A program made the translations under genes and the position numbers. The notes below the pieces were generated by a model. That model was not told the origin of the DNA. It ran no database searches and saw nothing but the letters and a program-made list of their open reading frames with translations. Positions 10,430 through 21,900 of a stretch of DNA of 35,805 nucleotides are shown in pieces. Each line of letters starts with the position of its first letter. The first letter of the stretch is position 1. Source of the DNA: Guillardia theta CCMP2712 (taxonomy: Eukaryota; Protista; Cryptophyta); contig NW_005434399.1 in the NCBI RefSeq assembly GCF_000315625.1, forward strand, positions 1 to 35,805, written 5' to 3'.

Positions 10430-11890
10430 ACGGTGTCATCCGATGATTCCCCCTGGTTGCCACGGCGGCAGGCTCAGTCCCGACTGTAGCCTGCCGCGGC
10501 CGCCGCTTGTGAGTCACTACTTCAATCCTGAAGCATGATGCCCGCCAGCCTCTTAGCCAGTGATTCTACGTCCGAGTTTCGAAGTTTCAGTGCCTCCGTG
10601 CCACGGTGACGGGCCGCAGGGCACTGCCGCCGACCGTCAGAGTCCGGGCGGCCGGGCGGCGGGCCGCCCGGCCTCAGTGCGGCCGCTCACTGGCGGCTTG
10701 CTAGCCTCGCCGAGGCAGTAGCCTGGCCGGCCGTACTAACTTCAAGGCTAGGTGACCTCAGGCGCGCCGCTCGTGGCACGCCGGGACTCGGCCGGGACCG
10801 TGAATCACCGCGGCGGCCCGCCGCCGGGACAGTCAGTGGACTGAGGCTCCCGGACGGTAACTTTCAGTGACCGTCCGGATACAGGAAAATTTATTGAAGG
10901 TTTGCCGGATTGACACTGATGACCCCAGCAGACACCCTTTAAAACCAATTTAAAAGACCCCCACTCTTAAAATATTTTTAAAAGGCTTTGGTAACACACC
11001 CACCCCGGATTCCTCCTCTGCCATTCAGAGACTATGACGGGTAGTAGATGGCTGGGGGAATAGGGTCCATCTTGGGTAGTGCGAAATATTTAGAGCCTTC
11101 GCCATATATTTGTGATTGGTGTTGAAATAAAAACACAGTATTTGAATTGTTTCGGCAACAAAACTTGCAAAGTTCTAGGCTCTGCCCCTCAATATTAGAG
11201 AGTCGACATTTAAATTACTTGTAAATTTTTAAAATATAATGGAAGGTCTTGTTGGTACTTTCTGTATCTGACAGGGTTCTCGGTACACCGGTACTAGACA
11301 TATTGAAAATCAGACTTTGTGGTGGGTTATTGTATTCATAGGTATTATATACAGGGGTGGTACAGTTGAGGAGGGGGTCTGTTTAAAATTGGATATTATA
11401 AATGAATATATGCAATAATAAGTTTTATTAGTCTACGGACTGGGCGTAACACTAGGAGATAGGGGGGTCGGGGTGAGTAAACGGTAGGTGGTGGTGGTAG
11501 CAATTTCGGGGAGGTGGGGTAGGGAATCAGAATACAGGGGGTGGTCATCATGTGTGACAGAGCAAGTGGGGACTTAAATTTTCTGTCCTGTGGGGTAGTG
11601 TCTGAATGTATGGGTGGTGATTACAGAGGGGTAGGTGGTACTTTAAAGGGGTTATTATGAGCCTAAATTACAGTTAAATGTACCGGTGTAGGGAGTATCT
11701 GAGGGGTACGATCCCAGCGAATCATGATGATGGCAGATTTAGGGGGTGGTTTTGTTGAATGGGGGTAGGGGGTCATAAATCTCGTGGAACATAGCAAAGG
11801 GTAGGGGTCATACTCTGTAACCAAGGGGGTGCAAAATATGATTAGGAGGTGGGTTCTGCTATTCAGTTGGAAAAGAGGGTGGGGTGGTTA
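10430..11890. promoter_or_regulatory. GC-rich palindromic element followed by a long GGGGT array upstream of CPT1
   Basis: 10430-10900 is rich in CCGG/GGCC and CAGT/TGAC words. 11340-11890 has recurring GGGGT in an AT-rich background. No credible ORF. Confidence 0.5.
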
Positions 11891-12438
11891 AGGCGCTTCG
11901 GAGGAATGCGAGGGAAATGAAGAGCAGGCGCGGGAGAGGAAGAGGAGGAGGAGGAAATAAGGAGGGAGGAGGGGCAGAAAAGAGGGAAGGACTGAGATTG
12001 GGACGTGAGCAGTGCAAGAGATCTCTTCGTTGCGTATGAATATGCATCCAACCCATGTGGAACTGAGTGAGGTTGATCTGAGATCCGGCTCGTTGCCAAG
12101 AGTACGGGATTGAGGCAAAGAAGCAGGAAGGGAGGGAGAGAGGGAGGGGCTGTAGTCACGTCAAGCAGATCAAGAAAGGATAGTTGTAGTGCCAGCCGGG
12201 AGAAAGGAGGAGGATGGGCAAGAGTGAGGACCGGATGCGAACACCTGAGTGCTGTGAAAGGAACTCGAGCCTTTGTTGCTGAGATTCGACAGAAATGAAA
12301 TTCTGTTGGAGATCTAAAGGGGAACAAGAGATTTCGAGAAATGGTGTACGATGCCTAGTTGTTTTTGATGCAGCAACATGCGGTCCTCATTTGCTTGACA
12401 TTCTGACTGTTTTGCAGGACATTCGTGGCTAGGAAGGG

Positions 12439-14888
12439 ATGGCAGAAGCAGCCGCCGGTGCCCGCCTTGATGCAGCACTGCTCTCCGTGCGTGGAGATGT
12501 CGCCTTGGTTGCTACCGAGGACGGAACGTACTCCCTCACCATCAGCTTCAACCCTTACCGCTTCAGGAAGCATATCAAAAGGACCATCTTCCGGATCAGG
12601 CGGGTGATACAGAACACCATCTGGCCTCTGACCCCCACCATATGGGGCGGGGTCACCACGGCTGTAATTGTGAGGGTTGTCACTGCCAAGAGCGGCTCGT
12701 GGTGGAGGAGTGGCTCGCTGGCAAACATCCTGTGGAAATGGGACAATCTTTTCCCATGGCAACAGAAGCTGCCAACTCAAGTTCGTGTCGGCTGGCTGTC
12801 ATTGCTCGCAGGCACTGTCGGCCTGGCAGGCATCTCTTTCGTACAGAGGTCCTTGCTGCGGCTGCTCCTCAACTACAAAGGCTGGATGTTCCTTGACCAT
12901 GGGTCGAAACCGAGCCCGATGATGAAACTGTGGTTCATTGCAGTGAGGGCGCTTTCAGGGACACAGCCATCGCTCTACACGTATCAGGGCTGCTTGCCTT
13001 CACTGCCTGTGCCTTGCTTAAAAGAAACAACCAGAAACTTCATGCTGTCTGTCAAGCCGCTCCTGTCGCAAGAGGAATACAATGACATGGAAGAGAAGAT
13101 GCAGAAGTTCATGAAAAATGAAGGCTGGAAACTACAGGTGGCTATTGCAATCTGTTCAAGTGCTTGATCTGATACTTTCTACTACAGCTTTTCTTGCAAG
13201 TTAGAGCAATGTTCACGGTGTCTTGGCTTTGGGAATGGTGGGAGAAGTATGTTTACCTCCGTGGAAGGTCGCCGATTATGGTCAACTCGAATTATTACAT
13301 CTTGGACGGAGTAGCTTTTACACCGACGCATTTGCAAGCGGCACGCGCAGCTGCTTTGTTGCACGCGGCAGACAAGTTCAAGTTTCTGATTGACTGGGAA
13401 AAGCTGGACCCAATCAGGCTCCAGAAGACCATTCCTTGGTGCATGAAACAATACGAGAGAGTTTTTGACACCACGAGAGTCCCAGGCAAAGAATGCGACC
13501 ATATCATTCATTACGATCACGATCCTCAGAGATACTGCGCAGTGTCCCGCAAGGGAGTGTGGTACAAGTTGCCCATGCAAGTGAAGGGCACCAACGGCAA
13601 GTGGAGGACTGCTCTGCCCCATGAGCTGGAGAAGCAGATGAATTGGATCATCATGGACTCTGATTCCACCCCGGCGCCTGAAGGTCAAAATGCAATTGCT
13701 GCTCTGACTGGGTGGCACAGAGGAAGGTGGGCAGAAGCCAGAGAGGAGTTTTTCTGGGATGGCATCAACAAGCTTTCCTTGGAAACTGTCGAGAAAGCTT
13801 TCATGCACATTCATCTCGAAGATCGATCCCCCACTGATCTGACCAATCAAGCGAAGATGCTGATCCATGGTGATGGCAAATCGTTGTGGTTTGACAAGTC
13901 GGTTACATTCATCATCTTTCCCAATGGCAAATCCGGAATGATGGCAGAGCACAGCTACGCCGATGCTCTCACAGTCGGGCACATGTGGGAATGGGTAACC
14001 ACAGAGGAAAGGTACAAGGGCGGCCTCTATCGCGATGACGGTCACTGCAAGGGGTTTGAAGACAGCAAGTACGAGCAGGTTGACCTCACAAAGCCGCAGA
14101 GGCTCCAATGGCGGGTAGATGCTCAGCTCCACAAGGTGATCAACGAGGCATACGTAGCCAACAAGCAGCTCTGCGATGACTTGGATCTGGTGGTCATGAC
14201 TCAAGACACTTGGGGGAAGGGCTTCATCAAGAAGAAGCACATCTCTCCTGACGCGTTCTTCCAGTTGGCCATGCAACTCGCTTACCGCAGGGATGCCGGC
14301 AAACGAGCCCTTACATACGAGGCAAGCGTAACTCGGCTCTTCGCTCAGGGTAGAACAGAGACAGTTCGCTCTCTTTCCATCGAATCCGCTGCTTTCGTGG
14401 ACTCCATGATGGACGAGTCGTGCTCGAATGTGGAGAGAGTGAAGAAACTGATGCAGGCTGCTGACAAGCACACGCAGCTCTACAAGAGCGCCATGGTAGG
14501 CAAGGGAGTGGACCGGCACCTCTTCGGCTTGTATGTGGCGTCTGTCGGGCTGGGGTATGACTCGGAGTTCCTCAAGGCTGCTCTCAAGATGCCTTGGACA
14601 CTCTCCACCTCTCAGACTCCTCAGAAGCAGACTGAAGGTCGATGGAATCCCGATCGTGAAGACCGTCATGCGGTCTCGGCTGGCGGCGGCTTCGGGCCGG
14701 TGGCGGACGATGGTTATGGCGTTAGCTACATGTTCGCTCACGATGATGCGATCTATGCCAACATCAGCAGCAAGAAGAGCTCTACCGCAACAAGCAGCGC
14801 GCGCTTTCGAGACCACATTCTCCGTGCCCTTGAGGACATGAAGAAAATTTTCTCTGATGGCAGCGATGTGTCAGCGAAGAGCAAGTAA
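12439..14888 (+). CDS. CPT1: Carnitine O-palmitoyltransferase 1-like (choline/carnitine acyltransferase with N-terminal TM segments)
   Basis: Two exons, intron 13138-13187. MAEA start, two hydrophobic segments, LPSLPVP, WWEKYVYLRGRSPIMVNSNYY, WFDKS, catalytic EHSYAD, SPDAFFQLAMQLA, GRTETVRS, GVDRHL, LSTSQ, GFGPVADDGYGVSY. Confidence 0.93.
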
Positions 14889-15009
14889 CTTGAAGCGCCA
14901 GCACTCGATGGTGAGACAAAAGAAGTCAAAGGCAAGAAAGAGGCTCTAACGTTGAACATCTGCTTTTACGAGATCTGTTAAGGAACGTTCCTCGCTGTGT
15001 ATCCTCCTC

Positions 15010-15234
15010 CTATGTGTTGCTCCCATCCCCCTCCTGCTTCACTAGCCTGTCGGCCACCATCCCCTGATGAGTGATGTTGGATGCCACTTGCCTACCCGCT
15101 GCATGCCCCAACGCCTTGAACCTCGCCTGCCGTCTCCCTTGTACCCTCATCTCGGCGAAGAGAGCAAACGCCAACGCTCCGACGATGAGGAGGAGGAGAG
15201 ATAAGCTGTTGAACTTGGACACAAAGCAGCACAT
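15010..15234 (-). CDS. Putative small membrane protein, or last exon of a longer gene extending toward about 15640
   Basis: 74-aa ATG-initiated ORF with one hydrophobic stretch (LSLLLLIVGALAFALFA). Upstream intron-like blocks leave the 5' end unresolved. Confidence 0.4.
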   Translation of the reverse strand: MCCFVSKFNSLSLLLLIVGALAFALFAEMRVQGRRQARFKALGHAAGRQVASNITHQGMVADRLVKQEGDGSNT

Positions 15235-15763
15235 GACGGGTCAGCTCCCCTGATCCGATTGAAAGCCTTCAATGCTAAGGTTAGACCCTCGCTAGCATCC
15301 AAGAGACGCGACGGCTGCGAGTGACAAGTAGAGAGAAGAAGCTGGGAGGATGATGGAGGTGAGTGGACCTTCAACTCAAAACTGTGAAAGAACCAGCGAG
15401 CTGAGCAGGAAGACACGGCCAAGTAGATGATGCGCAGCGATGAGGCGAAAACAATTCCGAGCCGATATTTGAAACGACTGCTTTTGAACACTGTAACACG
15501 AGACAAGAGCAGGGGCGGGGGCAGGAGCAGGGGCAGGGGCGGGGGCAGGGGCAGGGGCAGAAGCAGCAGCAGCAGCAGCAGCAGGAGCAGGAGGCTGACG
15601 AGGCTTCCTTCAGGTTGTCAACTGGGTTGTCAATCAAAGCGGGAGGGAGGGGAAGAGGGGGGCTGTTACAAGATGAAAGGGTGGGTGGTTTTTGGGTCCT
15701 TGGGGGGGTAAAAAATATTGTAAGTGTGGGGATGAGGACCGAGGTTGGCCCGGTACGGTAGCC

Positions 15764-15973
15764 ATGGCGGTAGGGCCAGACCTGGAGGAGGTGGCGATGC
15801 GGGCGGTGGCGCTAGGAGTTGGGGTGCTGCTGGGGTCGACGATGACGGTATGGTGCTTCATGCGCAACAGGTTTCTAGCCAAGCTGTACGTGAGGAGGAT
15901 AGAAGAGGAGGAGGCGAGGGAGGCGAGGGAAGAGGCGAGGAAAGAAGAAGCGAGTAGCAAGAAGAACAGGTAG
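15764..15973 (+). CDS. Putative 69-aa single-pass membrane microprotein with charged C-terminal helix
   Basis: gccATGG start context. MAVGPDLEEVAMRAVALGVGVLLGSTMTVWCF followed by an E/R/K-rich tail. Lies downstream of a GGGGT tract like those at other promoters here. Confidence 0.55.
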   Translation: MAVGPDLEEVAMRAVALGVGVLLGSTMTVWCFMRNRFLAKLYVRRIEEEEAREAREEARKEEASSKKNR

Positions 15974-16071
15974 GAGATGGATTCATTGTACTTGAGTGAG
16001 GGATGCTGGTGACAACTCTTAAGTAGCGGGAGGAGAAGGAGAAGGAGGAGAAGGTTGTGCATAAAGCTTCA

Positions 16072-18141
16072 TCACCTCCTCTTCTTCTTGTCTTTCTTCG
16101 GGCCTCCTCCTGTTGACTGCTCCAACGGCCGCTTGCGGTCCGACGCCTTCACCGCAGGAGAAATCTCCATCTTTTCCTGCGAAAGACTCGAGCTCTTCTC
16201 CTCTGTCCTCCCCTTGTCTGTGCCTTCCCCCTTCTCCTCTACGGTGCTCTCGGCCGTCTGCTCTGGTACGTTTGCTGCCTCCAGCTCCTCTTCGTTGCCC
16301 TCCACCTTGTCCGAGTCACTCTCATCGCTTTCGAGAGCAAGGGAGATGAAGTCTTGCTTCTCGCCTCCTCCCCGCGCTCTCTCTTCCTCTCCTCCTCCTG
16401 GTATCGACCATCGTTCCCGCGGGTCCACCTGGGGCCCTCCAGTGAGGTCGGCGCGATCCTCAAGTCTCACCTTGGAGGTCGAAGTGACGGTGGCATGCCC
16501 GCTCTTTCGTCTCCTCTTCCTCGCCTGTGCCAGCAGCTGCCTCGAGGTTCAGGCAGGAGCTGCAGAAGGGAGGCTGACCTTGCTCGCGTTCGCGTCAAGA
16601 CAGAGTTTCCCTCGTCCTCCTTGACCCAGCCCGAGCATCTCCGACATGCTGATCACGTCGTGCGGCGACCTCAACTGCAGCTCCGTGACCACCAACGAGC
16701 AGCCGCGAGTTCGTCACCTCCATGGCGCGTTCGGCTTGACTGGAGATGATGAGGTTTCGACCTGAGAAGCGCCTCACACAGCTGCAAAGCAGCTGGACGT
16801 TGTCACCTCGCGTTGCTCTCACCAGCTCCATGGCGTTAGAGAAGAGCTGACGGCGAGCCCCCGCGTCCCTGAGGCAAGGCCCGTAGCTGCGGCCCCGTCA
16901 GGCCCCCAGACCTCCTCCACCTGCCCGCACGTGATCTCGAAGAAGACTCCGCGATCGATCGCCTGGTTCACCAGCGAGGCCTCGGGATGAGAGTCAGGCA
17001 ACGACATGGAGCCTATCTTCCTCCTCCTCCCTGTCCTCCTCCCTGTCCTCCTCCCTGTCCTCCTCCCTGTCCTCCTCCTCCTCCTCCTCCTCACCTTGAT
17101 AGGGAACGCGAGTCGGTTGGCAAGGTCGAGGGAGATGATGTCAACCTTGGAGAACTTGCAGCACCTGCGAGATGAGGTGAGGAGGAGGCAGAAGAGAAGG
17201 AGAAGAAGAAAGAGAAGGAGGAGCAGGTGCAGGTGCAGGTGCAGGAGCAGAAGGTGCAGGAGAAGGAGCAGAAGGAGCAGAAGGAAACGAACAGAGAGCA
17301 AGGAGGCGACGGTACTCACTGCTCGAAGACCTTGTCCGTGAGAGGACAAACGGCGAGAAGGTGATACCCTGACGCGATCTCGTTCGATACGTCTACCATG
17401 TGGAGGTGAGAAATGTCGTCGACCGTCACCTGCACCAGCACAGGCTCAACCAGGATGGAGAGGAGAAGGAAGAAGTTGACAGAAGATGGAGGAGGTGGAG
17501 CAGCAGCAGCAGCAGCAGGAGGACGGAGAGGAGGAGCAGGAGCAGGAGCAGCAGGAGGAGCAGGAGCAGCAGGAGGAGGAGCATCTCACAGTCATCCGGA
17601 GCAGCTGCTGCATGACAGGGCGGGAGTCAACCCGCAGGGGAGGGTTGGAGGCGTCTTGAGGAGAAAGAATGTCTTTCATGTCGCAGATTGAGATCTGACA
17701 TCTGCCAGAGACGCTGCTGGTCACACATGGTTGGAACCCCCTGACTACCTGTGATGGGGCTTGAGGAGACCAGTCGCCGAGACGTTGAAAGCGACCGTGT
17801 CGTATCCCAGCCGCAGCAAGAACCTCGCAAGCTCAACCTTCGCGACACAACAGCATAAGTCCACGTGCGAGCGTTGAAGAAAACGACCGACCGACCGACC
17901 GACCGACCGACCGACCGACCGACCCCTCCCCTCCCCACCCAGCCTCGCCTCTCCTCTCCTCTCCTCTCCTCTCCTCCTCCTCTCCTCCTCCTCTCCTCTC
18001 CTCTCCTCTCCTCTCCTCTCCTCTCCTCTCCTCTCCTCTCCCCTCCTCTCTTCTCTCTCCTCTCTTCTCTCATCTCACTTGTCTTCTCTTCGAGAATTCG
18101 CTGTCATTGTCGACCTCTGTCCGCAGCTCACAGAAACCCAT
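16072..18141 (-). CDS. RPP30: RNase P/MRP subunit p30, multi-exon
   Basis: Spliced translation: MGFCELR...LRLGYDTVAFN...QLLRMTV...YHLLAVCPLTDKVFEQCC...VDIISLDL..RLAFPIK...AIDRGVFFEITYGPCLRD...NAMELVRATRGRNLIISS...ELRSPHDV, then an acidic/basic tail ending KKDKKKRR*. Confidence 0.9.
17885..18070. repeat. (CCGA)n followed by (CTCTC)n-type microsatellites in RPP30 intron 1
   Basis: Directly visible. Confidence 0.9.
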
Positions 18142-18149
18142 TGCGATCC

Positions 18150-18455
18150 GTCCTTACACTACCCCACCCCTTCAGAGACCTTCTAATACCCCACCCCACC
18201 CCACCATGTCCCTCCATCAGCACCCACCCCAAGAACCCTACCCCCTGGGCTAGGGCTGACCCAGCACGGCTGTTCTCCACCCCCCTCCCGTTGTCTTCTT
18301 ATATGGAGCCACCCTACTTCAAACAGTACCCAACCCCCTTTTACAATACCCTTACCCCTCATTCTTCTTATTACTACCCCACCCTTGAGTCATCACTACA
18401 TACCTAAACCCTAAACCCACCACCCCTTGAGCTATCACCCCTACCCCTCCTCCTT
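18150..18455. promoter_or_regulatory. ACCCC tract with telomere-like CCTAAACCCTAAACCC in the divergent RPP30/aminotransferase region
   Basis: Dense ACCCC/CACCC words; telomeric heptamer run at 18403-18418. Confidence 0.45.
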
Positions 18456-18985
18456 CGCATATAAAGGATTATGGCTTGTGTGGCAGGGATTATATAAGGA
18501 ATGGGGAGGGGAGGGAAGAGCAGGGCAGAGCAGAGGGAGAAAGATGGCAGACGAGGAGAGAGGAGAGAGAGGAGGGTATAAGGATAGAGCCAATACATGG
18601 AGAGAGAAAACAAATCGAAAAAGAATAGGAGGACGGGAAGAAGACGAAAACGGGAGTGCGAAAGAAAGTAAGGTGGGGACAGATGAACGGCAAACAAACG
18701 CATGGAGAAGATGAACGTAAGAGCAAGAGGACAATAGGAACTCCAGATATCACGGGATAGAAATAGCATCTCGATGAATGGTATGGACTCCTGGTGAAAG
18801 CATGAGAAGCAAAAGGTACAAGAGCAGCAAGAACGAAAGATTCGATTCTGATCCATTCTAGACTATCTATGGACTATGATGATAGTCTCTACTTTCATCT
18901 TGTAGCTGCCATGAAGCTCAAGTCCCCTCCGCGTGACTTATGTTTGCTTTGCAGACGGAGGAGGGGAGCGCGGCCATCAGCAGAG

Positions 18986-21900
18986 ATGTATCGAGCGCTT
19001 CCTTTCTTCATGTGCTTCGTGGTAGCTTCAGGGTTTCTCCCTTCCGCTCCACTTCAAGGAAAGCTACCTCCTTCCCTCCCCTCCATCGCCCCTACTCGCT
19101 CCTTCGTCCTTCCCTCCTGCCCTCGGACATGCCCCCTGGCTCCACTTGCCTCCCGGGCTCTAGCGGTGAGGAGGAGCACGCAGGGAGGAGGAGCAGGAGA
19201 GGACCTGGTAGGGACCGACCAAGTGTGCTTCGACGGAGGATGCGTCGTGGAGGACTCGAGCGTTGTGATGCAGGAGCTTGAGGCTGAGCTGCTGGAGCTT
19301 TCAGAGACGGAGAAGCGTCTGAGGAGGGAGGGAGCGCTCATGCTGCTAGACAAGATCCGGAGCTCTGAAGCAGAGGACGCTGCTCCTGCTCCTCCCGCTC
19401 CCGCTCCCGCCCCCTCCCCTCCAGCTGGGCAGCAGAGCGTGATAAGCAGGAAGCTGCAAGGGAGGGACGGGCCGACAGTGTGGAGCGAGTTCGGAGCGCT
19501 GGCGAGTCAGAGGAAGTGCGTGAACTTGGGGCAAGGGTTCCCCGACTGGTCCCCTCCTTCCTTCGTGCGGGACGCAGCAGTGGAGGCGATCATGAAGGGG
19601 ACGAACCAGTACACGAGGACGGCAGGGCACCTCCCGCTCGCCCGCACGCTGGCTGCCCGCTACCGCATGCACCTGGAGCGCGAAGTGCGGGCAGAGACGG
19701 AGGTGGCGGTGACGGTGGGTGCGAGCCAGGCGCTGTACGTGAGTCTGCAGAGCCTGCTGGAGCAGGGAGACGAGGTGCTGCTCATGGAGCCCTTCTTCGA
19801 CCTCTACATGGGTCAGATCCTCCTCGCAGGAGGCAAGCCCGTGTTCGTCCCCCTGGAGCCGACGGAGGAGGGAGAGTGGAAGATAGACATGAAGAAGGTG
19901 GAGGAAAAGGTGAGCAAGAAGACAAGGATCATCGTCCTCAACTCGCCGCACAACCCGACGGGGAAGGTGTTCTCGCTGGCGGAGATGGAGGCGCTGGCGG
20001 AGATCGTGAGGAAGCACGAGAGGATCGTGGTGATTTCTGATGAGGTCTACAAGGTTAGACGACTCTTCTCTCTGCTCCTCCTCGTCCTCTTCCTCCTCTT
20101 CCTTTTCTCTTTCTTCTCCTCCTCTGTCCTGCTTTCCTTCCTCCTCCCCTCTCGCTCTCTTTCCTCTCTCTCCTTCCTCTCTCCCCTCCTCTTCCTCCTC
20201 CTCCTCCTCCCCCTCCTCCTCCTCTCACATCATTTTCCAGTACATCATCCACACGCCCCCCGAGGAGTCGCAGGACACGTTGGGATCGGCGGGTCACGTT
20301 CACTTCGCGCGCCTGCCGGGCATGTGGGACAGAACCTTGACGATCTCAAGCGCCGGGAAGACTTTCTCAGTGACAGGCTGGCAGGTCGGACGTCTCTCCT
20401 GCAACTCCTTTCCTCCTCCTCCTCCTCCTCCTCCTCCATTCCTCCTCCTTCTTCTCCTTCTCCTCCTCCATTCCTCCTCCTTCTTCTCCTTCTCCTCCTC
20501 CATTCCTCCTCCTTCTCCTCCTCCTTCTCCTCCTCCTTCTCCTCCTCCTCCCTCTCCTCCTCTTTTCCTTCTTCATTTCTATTTCATCCTTCTACTCCTG
20601 TTGCTCCTTCTTCCCCCCCCTCCTCTTCTCTCTCCATCTTCTTCTCCCGTCATCTCTCACTGGTGCTCAGGTTGGCTGGATCATCGGACCGAGCAGATAT
20701 CTGCGAGACATCCAGGTCCTCCTCCTCTCCTCTCCCCTCTGTCATGCTCCTGCTCCTGCTCCTGCTCCTTCTGCCGCTCCTGCTCCTGCTCTCAGCTCGT
20801 GCTCCCTCTTTCTCCTGCTGCATCCCTCTCTCTCCCTTCCTCTACCTCCTCATTGTCCCTCACAATTTCTCAGGTTCTTCTGCCGTTCATTCAGTTCTGT
20901 GCTGCCACCCCCATGCAAGACGCGCTGGTCCAAGTGCTGAAGCAAGCGGATCAGGTGCAACTCCTCCACCTGCTTCTGCCCCTGCCCCTGCTGCTGCTCC
21001 TCCTCCTCATCCTGCTGCTGCTGCTGCTGCTGCTGCTCCTTCTACATCCCCCCCCCGTCCTTACCCATTCCCTCTTCCCTCTCTCTCCCCCCCCCCTCCC
21101 CCCAACTATCCTCCTCGTCTCTTTCTTTCCCTACTTTCTTCCTAACGAGTTGGTAGCCCTATGAAGGAGAACGAAATTATTACGATTGGCTGAAGCAGCA
21201 GGTACAAGAGATTTGCACCATCCCGCCTTTTCTCGCCCTCCTGCTCCTCCTCCTGCTCCTCCTGCCCCTCCTGCTCCTCCTCCTGCTCCCTCTCCTCCTC
21301 CTTCTGTTGTGCTAAAACTGTTTCAGTACACGATGAAGAAGGAGAAGCTCGAGGCAGCTTTGAGAGCAGCCAACATCATCCCAATGAAGGTTTGAGGAGG
21401 AGGAGGAGGAGGAGGAGGAGGACTAGAAATGATCATCATTTCTTCAGGGTCAAGGAGGATTCTTTCTTATCGGTGACACTAGAAACGTCAAAGTGCCGCA
21501 GGTACCACCCCCAACTTATCCACTATTGCTGCTCCTCCACCACCACCTCCTCCTCCACCACCACCACCTCCTGCTCCTGCCCCTGCCCTTGCTCTTCCTG
21601 CTCCTCCACCTCCACCTCCTGCTTGTGTTTTTCTGTCCTCCTTTTTCTTTTCTCATCATCCTGCAGGAATATCTTGAAGAATCCACCCCTGCTATGAAGA
21701 CCATGACAAGAGACTGGTATCAGACCCCTCCTGCTCCTGCCCCTGCTCCTGCTCCTGCTCCTGCTCCCTCTTCTCCTCCCTCTCCTCCTCTTCTCCTCCC
21801 TCTCCTCCTCTCGTCCTGATCATCTTCTCCTTAGGGCTCTCTGCCGTTGGCTCGCCAAGGAGCATGGCATCATCTCCATCCCGTCTGTTTTTCTTCTCCT

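Noticed and set aside
10900-11890. Transposon or viral insertion in the AT-rich region
   Set aside because: No ORF, terminal repeats or TSD seen; it shares its word content with the other promoter regions.
13182-14816. 544-aa antisense ORF
   Set aside because: Shadow of the CPT1 coding exon; no recognisable motifs.
8268-14888. POR plus CPT1 as a lipid-metabolism gene cluster
   Set aside because: No P450 or other pathway partner is present in the window; adjacency alone is insufficient.
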